63,587 nt of DNA, taken from positions 1 through 63,587 of IMG/VR virus record IMGVR_UViG_3300031730_000004, one strand, 5' to 3'. Below the pieces are notes generated by a model, which was not told the DNA's origin, searched no databases, and was given only the letters and a program-made list of their open reading frames with translations. The position numbers and the translations under genes are program-made. How positions within the stretch are numbered: the first letter of the stretch is position 1; every line of letters begins with the position of its first letter. Source of the DNA: a virus. This document shows, one piece after another, positions 56,663 to 63,587 of the stretch.

Positions 56663-57862
56663 ATGCCGATCGGTTTGTCAGGTCCCGGCGTCGGACTTCC
56701 CTTCCCGCAGAATCTTTTTCCTTCGGAGCTTCAAAACGCGCCGCAGGACGCTTCGAGCAACCGCCTTGCGCTGGCGCCCGGAGATACGTTCGTCGTTCCG
56801 GCCGGCGACTGGTTCATCGCTCTCGGCATGTACTGCGTACTGCAGTACCTAGATCCCGTCACCAACACCTGGACGACGGCACCCGGCGCGGCATGGACCC
56901 GCGGCACGCATTTTGTACCTTCAGACGGGTTCACCACTCGCGTCGCCAATCTGACTGGTTGCGTGGTCAGCGCTTCGGTCGTCAATGGCGGCACAGCTTA
57001 TGTTCAGGCAACCACGACGATCACGGCGATCGGCGGATTCGCGACTGGCGGTGCGGTGCCGACTTTCCTGCCGATCGTTGGTGGTGCTCTCGGTCCGGTA
57101 GCTTACACCCTGACTTCGACCAACGCAGGCGCGGGCTACGGTGTGGCACCGATCATCATGATCCCGCCTCCGCCCCCGGCACAGGTCAACGCCAACGGCG
57201 TTGGCGGTATTCAGGCGGTGGCTTTCGCGGTGATTGCCAGCGGCACGATCTCGTCGGTCAGCATTATCAACCCCGGTGCCGGTTATCCGACGACCCCCGT
57301 GGCCGTCGTGGTGCCCAGTCCGTTCGACCCGAATCTTGCGACCGGTATCACCAACGCCACCGTGTCGCTCTCGCTGACCTCAAGCGGAGTGATCATGGGT
57401 GCGCTGTGCACCAACAACGGGAGCCCGCTTACCAACGGCTCGCTGACGTCGATCACGCTGTCGATCGGCGGCGCCGGCTCGTCCGGCTCGCTGACGGCGA
57501 ATGTGATGCAGACGATCATCACGGCGACTGTGACGGGCGCAGGTACTGGCTACGGCACGTCGGCAATCCCGCTTCTGACCGCTGGCGGTGCTCCGGTTCA
57601 GGGCACGATCACCAACGGTCCAGATTCACTGTTCCTGGCGTTTTCGCCGCGACCGGCCAACATCGTCATCACCCCGGGCAACACGTCGATCTCGGTCGCA
57701 ACCGCGGGCGTGATCTACGATGGCGGTTTGTTCGAAGCCGCGCCGAACACCTTGCTGACCATTGGCGCGGGCGGCGGTGGTGCGGGCACCGTCACCATCG
57801 CAACGGTCGGGTTGAACATGGGAAGTCGCGGCGACATCGTTATCATTCAACCGACGCCGTAA
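56663..57862 (+). CDS. Virion protein (399 aa) with four G-x-G-Y repeat units
   Basis: NGGTAY, NAGAGYGVAP, NPGAGYPTTP and GAGTGYGTSA spaced ~55-90 aa apart. Confidence 0.5.
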   Translation: MPIGLSGPGVGLPFPQNLFPSELQNAPQDASSNRLALAPGDTFVVPAGDWFIALGMYCVLQYLDPVTNTWTTAPGAAWTRGTHFVPSDGFTTRVANLTGCVVSASVVNGGTAYVQATTTITAIGGFATGGAVPTFLPIVGGALGPVAYTLTSTNAGAGYGVAPIIMIPPPPPAQVNANGVGGIQAVAFAVIASGTISSVSIINPGAGYPTTPVAVVVPSPFDPNLATGITNATVSLSLTSSGVIMGALCTNNGSPLTNGSLTSITLSIGGAGSSGSLTANVMQTIITATVTGAGTGYGTSAIPLLTAGGAPVQGTITNGPDSLFLAFSPRPANIVITPGNTSISVATAGVIYDGGLFEAAPNTLLTIGAGGGGAGTVTIATVGLNMGSRGDIVIIQPTP

Positions 57863-57871
57863 GGAACGGGC

Positions 57872-58129
57872 ATGGCCCAGACCTTCAGCCAATCCCTGAC
57901 GGGCATCAACGCAGGTGCCCGTTACAACACGCCGGCGACAGTGCGGATCGGCGACCTCGACGCTGCCGGCAACGCGCTGAACAGCAGCACGGCGGTCGGT
58001 GCCCAGCAGGGCTCGATGGCAAGGGGCAACCAGATTCTGTGCAAGAATCCGGACGGGTCGCAGTCCTGGTACACGATCGACGCCGAGCGCACGATCCCGG
58101 GCGTATCCGTTGTGATGAGGCCGGTATAG
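57872..58129 (+). CDS. Small virion-module protein (85 aa)
   Basis: Track ORF. Confidence 0.45.
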   Translation: MAQTFSQSLTGINAGARYNTPATVRIGDLDAAGNALNSSTAVGAQQGSMARGNQILCKNPDGSQSWYTIDAERTIPGVSVVMRPV

Positions 58130-58156
58130 TCTGGCCCGGCAAAGGAGTAATTTGCC

Positions 58157-58921
58157 GTGCTCACCGCCTATCAGACAGCGACCCGATCCCTGCTTCAGCT
58201 CCCTGGTAGTGCTTCAACCAGCCTCTACTCAGATCCGGATCTGACGCGCTTCATCAATGTCGCGCGTGGACAGGTCGCCGGTGAGGGCGAGTGTATCTGG
58301 GTGCACGGCACAATTCCGACCGTTGCCGGCCAAACCCCTTATCGATTCCAGGACATTAACGTCGGGCTACCGACGAACACGGGGGTGCAAGGCGTCATCA
58401 AGATCAGCAGCATGAGTTATGTCGCGGGAAGTGGGCAACTATGGATCCCGCCGCGCCCTTGGCCATGGTTCTCGCTGTACGAGTTGAACAATGCCGCGCC
58501 GGTCCCCGGTCCCCCGAAGACATGGGCCCAGTACGGTCAGGGCGCGGCTCCGACCGGCGTCAGCGGCTCCACGATCGGCGGGGGCAGCTTCTACGTATCG
58601 CCGATTCCGGATGACGTCTATACGCTGACATGCAACAGCGTCTGCTATCCGATCGCACTTGTCGACGACAACACGATCGAGGCGCTGCCCTATTTCTGGA
58701 CCGATGCGGTGCCGTTCTTCGCCGCTTACTTCGCACTGATGTCGGCGCAGACCAACGCGCGAATGGCGGATGCCGCCAACATGTACAAGGGGCATTACGC
58801 CGAGTTCATGGACCGGGCGCGGAAGCAGTCGAATCCTGATGTTGGCCGCTGGCAGTACCGGCAGTCCGGTGATCCGGCACAGGGTCCGAAGATGGGGATT
58901 TCGAAGGGAGGTGCCGCATGA
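58157..58921 (+). CDS. Virion-module protein (254 aa, GTG start)
   Basis: AAAGGAG lies 8 nt upstream. Confidence 0.5.
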   Translation: MLTAYQTATRSLLQLPGSASTSLYSDPDLTRFINVARGQVAGEGECIWVHGTIPTVAGQTPYRFQDINVGLPTNTGVQGVIKISSMSYVAGSGQLWIPPRPWPWFSLYELNNAAPVPGPPKTWAQYGQGAAPTGVSGSTIGGGSFYVSPIPDDVYTLTCNSVCYPIALVDDNTIEALPYFWTDAVPFFAAYFALMSAQTNARMADAANMYKGHYAEFMDRARKQSNPDVGRWQYRQSGDPAQGPKMGISKGGAA

Positions 58922-59859
58922 GCACCCCCGACGCGCATTTCTACCTCAAGCAGGTGCAGCGACTGCTGCGCGAGCAGCGGCAGGAGTTTGAGAACCCCGA
59001 GGATTTGCTGTCCTACATCAATCTGGCGCGTCGCGAGGTCGCCGGCCGCACCCAGAGCATCCGCCGCCTGACGCCGATCTCGGGGCAGGTGGTGTCGTCG
59101 ACGGTGACCGCAGGCGGCAGTGGCTACGTGAATCCGGTTGCTACGATCACCACGCCTGATTTCCCCAGTGGCGTGTTGCCGTCGCCGCAGGGGCGGCAGG
59201 CTACGGCGGGCGTCGTGATGAGCGGTGGCGTGGTCACCGGGGTCGATATCAATGACGGCGGTGACGGTTATTTTCAGCCGCAGGTGACGATCACCGATTC
59301 GACGGGACCGGGCACCGGCGCAACGGCAACGCTGACCATATCGCCGATCAACACGCTCAACGCCGGGCAGGAGGTTTACAATTTCAGTGACATTGTCATT
59401 GGCCAGTGGCCGGGCGTCGCTTCGGTTCATGCGATCAAATCTGCGAGCGTGATATACGCGAATTACCGCTACTCGTTGCCGATGTACGCGTTTTCAACTT
59501 ATCAATCGATGATCAGGCAGTACCCGTTTCAGTACACTTATGTGCCGACGTTCTGTTCGCAGTTCGGTCAAGGCGCGGGCGGTAGCTTCTATGCGTACCC
59601 GCTGCCTTCGCAGACCTACCAGTGGGAGTTCGATTGCTTCTGCCTTCCGGAAGATTTGGAACTAGACAATTCGATACCCGAGGCGATACCCGAACCGTGG
59701 ACCGATGCGGTTCAGTACATGGCTACGCAGTTGGCGTACCAAGAACTTCAGAACTGGAATGCCGCGAAGCTCTACGAGCAGCAATTCGATAAGCGCACAC
59801 TCGGCTATTCGTCGAATGCTCGTCCGGGACGCGCAGTGAATCCATACGGGCGCTACTGA
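58918..59859 (+). CDS. Virion-module protein (313 aa) with two G-G-x-G-Y units
   Basis: ATGA overlap; TAGGSGYVNP and NDGGDGYFQP. Confidence 0.5.
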   Translation: MSTPDAHFYLKQVQRLLREQRQEFENPEDLLSYINLARREVAGRTQSIRRLTPISGQVVSSTVTAGGSGYVNPVATITTPDFPSGVLPSPQGRQATAGVVMSGGVVTGVDINDGGDGYFQPQVTITDSTGPGTGATATLTISPINTLNAGQEVYNFSDIVIGQWPGVASVHAIKSASVIYANYRYSLPMYAFSTYQSMIRQYPFQYTYVPTFCSQFGQGAGGSFYAYPLPSQTYQWEFDCFCLPEDLELDNSIPEAIPEPWTDAVQYMATQLAYQELQNWNAAKLYEQQFDKRTLGYSSNARPGRAVNPYGRY

Positions 59860-61466
59860 TGATTGAAGCCCAGCAACCTCAAGCCGAACAGCCGTCCCAG
59901 TACCTTCCCGCAGGTCCTCCTGATCCGTTGATCTTCGAGGACTTCGAGGGCATCAATACGGCGACGTTGCGCCCGGGCGTGGATGACAAGGAGACGGCGT
60001 GGCTGGACGGCTTCATGCCTCTGGCCAAGCGCAACCTTCGAACCATGTACGGCAAGGGACCGTCGATATTCACGGCGCCGACCAGTTCGATCGTATGTTT
60101 TGACATCATCAACCTCGGCTCGTCTCCTGTTGCCATAGTCGCGCTTGCCAACGGTAGTTTGTATCAGGTCAGCCTGGCGACCAGCGTCGCTACGCTCATG
60201 GCCGGACCTGGCACGATTCAAAATCCGAGCCGCTCGACGATAGGGGTCACGCAGTGGGGTAACCAGTACGCGCTGATCGTTGCCTTGCAAACCAACGGTT
60301 ACTTCATCTGGGACGGAACGACGTTCTTCCCTCCGGGAGCTACCGGACCGACTGGGGGCACCGTGCCGCTCGGTCTGGGCGGATCGGCGATTGAAACTTT
60401 CACGGGTAGAGTCTGGCTTGCCGGCGCGGCGACAGTTGCTTTTTCGGCTCCGGGCTCGTTCATCGATTTCTCGTCCGCTAATGGCGGCGGTAACTTCACG
60501 TCTGTCGATAGTTTCCTGCGGCGGCAGTTCACATCTCTGAAGCAGACCAACGGGTTCTTGTACCTGATCGGCGACTCTTCGATCAATTATATTTCAGGCG
60601 TGCAGACGTCCGGGGTGCCGCCAGTTACAACATTCACTAACCAGAATGCTGACCCCGAAGTGGGTTCTCCGTGGGCGGGCACCGTCATGGTGTTCAACCG
60701 CAATATCATGCTGGCCAACGCTTTCGGCGTTCATGTTTCCTACGGTGGTGCGGTGACGAAGGTCAGCGAGAAACTGGATGGTGTGTACAATACCTCTCCC
60801 AACTTCAACAACCAGCTTCCCAGCTCGGCCAAGGCGATCATTTTCGGCAAGAAGTGCTTCGTTCTGCTCCTTTCCATAGTCGATCCCATCACCGGTCAGA
60901 CGACCAACAAGCTGTTTCTCTGGAACGGCAAGTTCTGGTGGGCGTCATCGCAGGACGTCTCGCTGGTCTACATTAATTTTCAGGAATTGGACTCAGTGCT
61001 GACGACGTGGGGTACGGACAGCATTTCACTTTTTGCGCTTTTTCAGCAACCTTCGATCGCTTTTGAAAAGATAGCCCAGACCAAGTTATGGGATAAGCCG
61101 GGAGGGTACCAGTTCACGAAGTTTGTCACTCGTTTTTGGGCGATATTCAGGCTGTACGACCCCCGAAGTCCGACGGTCACGGTATCGATCGACAATGAAA
61201 CGGCTTCTGATTCCAACACGATCAACATGGTCCCCCCGGGCGGCGGTACGACATGGGTTACCTCGACGGGCGCGGATTCAACGTGGCTTACGGCGGGTAA
61301 CGTTTTGTCGGTGTGGTTAGCGGCGGGGGTGAACTACTCGGTGGTATCGGCGCAGGCCGTAGCGCAGTCGGGAGTTCTAACCGGCTTCACGATGACGACT
61401 AATTCAGCGGATATGGCCTTGGTGTCGGCCATGATTCATGATGAAGTCGCCGGGTACCGAGGATAG
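59859..61466 (+). CDS. Virion/tail-module protein (535 aa)
   Basis: TGATG overlap; beta-rich composition. Confidence 0.5.
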   Translation: MIEAQQPQAEQPSQYLPAGPPDPLIFEDFEGINTATLRPGVDDKETAWLDGFMPLAKRNLRTMYGKGPSIFTAPTSSIVCFDIINLGSSPVAIVALANGSLYQVSLATSVATLMAGPGTIQNPSRSTIGVTQWGNQYALIVALQTNGYFIWDGTTFFPPGATGPTGGTVPLGLGGSAIETFTGRVWLAGAATVAFSAPGSFIDFSSANGGGNFTSVDSFLRRQFTSLKQTNGFLYLIGDSSINYISGVQTSGVPPVTTFTNQNADPEVGSPWAGTVMVFNRNIMLANAFGVHVSYGGAVTKVSEKLDGVYNTSPNFNNQLPSSAKAIIFGKKCFVLLLSIVDPITGQTTNKLFLWNGKFWWASSQDVSLVYINFQELDSVLTTWGTDSISLFALFQQPSIAFEKIAQTKLWDKPGGYQFTKFVTRFWAIFRLYDPRSPTVTVSIDNETASDSNTINMVPPGGGTTWVTSTGADSTWLTAGNVLSVWLAAGVNYSVVSAQAVAQSGVLTGFTMTTNSADMALVSAMIHDEVAGYRG

Positions 61467-61469
61467 GGC

Positions 61470-62252
61470 ATGGCGTTCAGCATCACCCAGTTTCAGAACA
61501 ACACGACGAACCTGCTTTCTGCCCTGGACAACAACTTCGTGACGGGCAGCGCGCAAGCGCCAATCCCTTGCTCTGTTGCTGGCACCAACACGCTGACGCT
61601 GACGCAAAGTGCAGCAGGGCTTGTCCCTTCATCTCCGGTTACAGCTTACACCAATGGCATGCGGTTTACCGGCATTGCGGCGGCAACCAATACGGCTTCA
61701 GTTACGGCAGTCGTGGGATCTTTGGCGGCACTTAATGTCTACAAGGATTCGTTGTCAGGACCGGTGGTGTTGACGGGGCAGGAGATCGTTGCTTCTTGTG
61801 CCTTCAGTCTGGTTTACGATTCAACCCTCAATTCCGGAAGCGGCGGGTTTCATCTTATTTCCACGACTGCACAGGCTTCATCCAGGATCAATCCCTCGTC
61901 GATACAGGTTAACGGCAACAGCATCCTGACCAACTTGGTGTCCGGCACTTTCGCGCTCACTTTCACCGCGACCCCCGGGTGGTCGTCTCAGGACCAGTTG
62001 TTTTCGTTTACCGCAGCGATTGCTGCTGCCCAGAGTTCACAACTGCCCGCAGTAGGGGATTTCGTCCAAGTGACTCCTCCTTCCATTGCTGCCGCGGGCG
62101 TTAGTTACGCCGCAATGGTCACAGCGGGAGGTTCCCTGAGTTCAACAGCATCGGCATCGACGCTTGCCATCCGGCTGATCAACTCGGCGTCGGCGTCGCT
62201 GGCTTCCAACAGCGGCGTGTATCGCTACGCAGCTATGAGGTCATCGCCATGA
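61470..62252 (+). CDS. Virion/tail-module protein (260 aa), fibre-like S/T/A-rich
   Basis: Track ORF. Confidence 0.5.
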   Translation: MAFSITQFQNNTTNLLSALDNNFVTGSAQAPIPCSVAGTNTLTLTQSAAGLVPSSPVTAYTNGMRFTGIAAATNTASVTAVVGSLAALNVYKDSLSGPVVLTGQEIVASCAFSLVYDSTLNSGSGGFHLISTTAQASSRINPSSIQVNGNSILTNLVSGTFALTFTATPGWSSQDQLFSFTAAIAAAQSSQLPAVGDFVQVTPPSIAAAGVSYAAMVTAGGSLSSTASASTLAIRLINSASASLASNSGVYRYAAMRSSP

Positions 62253-62590
62253 GTGGCCTTGCGAGCCTCTACAACGTTCCGAGCACTGACGAGGAGCGGG
62301 CGCAATGGGCGTTCGCGCACATGGCGCACCACCGGGATATCAGCCGGCGAATATATCTTCTGGTTAAGGTGGCGCTGCCGGAGTATATCCTTGACCCGAT
62401 CGATCCGAACGATCCCGGCGAGTGGGAATACCAGCACCAGATCATGCACGACAACCAGAACGAAATTCTTGGTATTCAGGGGCAGGATCTCACCGGCATC
62501 GACTGGAGTAATCGCAACCTGATGGCGGCGTGGATACAGTTGAACAGTTCGGAGCACTATCAGGCGTCGAACATATTGGGAATTGGATGA
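62249..62590 (+). CDS. Hypothetical virion-module protein (113 aa)
   Basis: ATGA overlap. Confidence 0.45.
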   Translation: MSGLASLYNVPSTDEERAQWAFAHMAHHRDISRRIYLLVKVALPEYILDPIDPNDPGEWEYQHQIMHDNQNEILGIQGQDLTGIDWSNRNLMAAWIQLNSSEHYQASNILGIG

Positions 62591-62591
62591 C

Positions 62592-63056
62592 ATGGCTGAA
62601 GCAGCACTGAAAATCGAACCGCGCGAACTGGCCTTTGTCCGCAGGTTCGAACTCGCCGACCTCACCACGCATGGACCGTGGCTGATGAAGCGGTTCATGC
62701 TCAAGCTGCCCGACGTGCGCGAGCAGTACATCGGCGGTTACCTGCGCGGGCTGGTCTACGACAACGAGCATCTGTTCCTCTATCAGGATAATGCGGTGGC
62801 GCTGGCCCAGATCGTGCACAGCCCCGGCATCAAGTCGGTCAAGGTGGTGCAGGAGCGCTTCGTCTGGATGCGCAACCGCGAGGACAAGGCGCAGCAGGAA
62901 GCCGCCGCTGACTTCTACGAGCACTTCAAGGCATGGGCCAAGCGGCTCGGCGCCGAGCGCATCAACGTGCGTGAAGACTCCGACGTGCCGAAGGCCATGA
63001 TCGAAGCCCGACTCGGCCGCCTGTTCGACACCACCGTCAGCCACGCGAGGGTGTGA
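62592..63056 (+). CDS. Hypothetical protein (154 aa)
   Basis: ATG 62592, one nt after the upstream stop codon (TGA 62588-62590); the track start 62583 is a TTG. Confidence 0.45.
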   Translation: MAEAALKIEPRELAFVRRFELADLTTHGPWLMKRFMLKLPDVREQYIGGYLRGLVYDNEHLFLYQDNAVALAQIVHSPGIKSVKVVQERFVWMRNREDKAQQEAAADFYEHFKAWAKRLGAERINVREDSDVPKAMIEARLGRLFDTTVSHARV

Positions 63057-63262
63057 TGGAACTCAAGACGCAATGTACATGGCACTACATGGTCGATGGT
63101 TCGATCGTGGTTAAGGAAGAGGGGCAACCGCTGAAAGTGATTGAGCCGCAAGAAGACGGCTATATCCGATTCCAGTTACAAAAAGAGGGACCGGCGATGA
63201 CCGATCCTCCGATCCGGTTGGCTACGGCCGATGAAAATTACCGCTTTCTAATGGGCTGGTGA
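63053..63262 (+). CDS. Hypothetical protein (69 aa)
   Basis: ATGA overlap. Confidence 0.45.
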   Translation: MMELKTQCTWHYMVDGSIVVKEEGQPLKVIEPQEDGYIRFQLQKEGPAMTDPPIRLATADENYRFLMGW

Positions 63263-63263
63263 C

Positions 63264-63587
63264 ATGGTCGACTTCGCCCTTGAGCCCCTGATCACCGCGC
63301 AGCCCGACATAGACCGGATGCTGCCGGCGCAGTGGGCGCACACGGGCGATTCCGAGGTTCAGTGCAAGCCGAACTGGAATCTGTACCGGCAGCTCAACGA
63401 GCGCGGAGCTGCGTTCCTGGTCATGGCCCGGCAGGACGGTGAGGCGGTCGGTTACCTCGCGGCGTTCGTCTACCCCCACCCGAATGCCATGGGGGAACTC
63501 AAGGCCGAGATCCCGACCTACTACGTCAAGGAAGGGCCGATTCGGGCTCTTGTGCTCAGCCGGATGGTCGATTTCACGCTTGAGCAA
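63264..63587 (+). CDS. 5' part of the junction-spanning GNAT-like acetyltransferase candidate
   Basis: MVDFALEPL...AFLVMARQDGEAVGYLAAFVYPHP...YYVKEGPIRALVLSRMVDFTLEQLSARG has a weak GNAT beta4-alpha3 pattern. Continues at 128-274. Confidence 0.4.
   Translation, partial: MVDFALEPLITAQPDIDRMLPAQWAHTGDSEVQCKPNWNLYRQLNERGAAFLVMARQDGEAVGYLAAFVYPHPNAMGELKAEIPTYYVKEGPIRALVLSRMVDFTLEQ
63461..63587. repeat. Terminal overlap copy 2, identical to 1-127
   Basis: Same 127 nt as the window start. Confidence 0.95.

Noticed and set aside
1-63587. tRNA/rRNA genes, a tyrosine integrase, a phage RNA polymerase, a reverse transcriptase/DGR, and a small terminase
   Set aside because: Scanning the intergenic gaps by eye showed no cloverleaf-like segments, and no ORF had the corresponding motifs. 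The small terminase could be one of the unassigned small ORFs near 46907-47747 or 50288-50833, but nothing supports a call. A computational tRNA scan (tRNAscan-SE/ARAGORN) is still needed.

Overview
The window is one closed dsDNA phage genome of about 63.46 kb. Bases 1-127 are repeated exactly at 63461-63587, and one ORF reads across that junction. The sequence is high-GC, above 60% by hand counts, with discrete low-GC patches. The size and the gene set (family-A DNA polymerase, prim-pol/VirE primase, SNF2 helicase, three large low-complexity candidate ejection proteins, no tape-measure or sheath gene seen) suggest a podovirus-like phage of a high-GC, possibly alphaproteobacterial host; host and morphology are inference only. 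There are three transcription blocks. (1) A leftward early/replication block runs 32477->15025 on the minus strand: HTH regulators, many small ORFs, DNA polymerase A, TSCPD protein, Cas4-like nuclease, VRR-NUC, SNF2 helicase and an SSB-like protein. It is interrupted by a head-on plus-strand primase gene at 27159-29369. (2) A rightward accessory block runs 32992->48244: minimal RNA ligase, Acb2-like small protein, a protein ending in the SSB tip DDDIPF, an RHH regulator, two HNH endonucleases, a multi-enzyme glycosylation island, a truncated serine recombinase, a HAD phosphatase, a KTSC protein and an orphan Dam-type methylase. (3) A rightward late block runs 48277 through the junction to 15017: TerL, portal, scaffold, capsid, virion proteins, ejection proteins, a tail-fibre module and a lysis cluster. 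Blocks 1 and 2 diverge from a low-GC control region at 32478-32991. That region holds two candidate sigma-70-type promoters, each overlapped by an identical 16-mer with the palindrome ATACATTGTAT, and a dense array of at least 14 GTGGGAC-type iterons, which I read as a putative origin. No tRNA, rRNA, CRISPR array, tyrosine integrase or phage RNA polymerase was seen. Most small ORFs have no assignable function. All functional calls rest on motifs read by eye and need HMM or structure searches.
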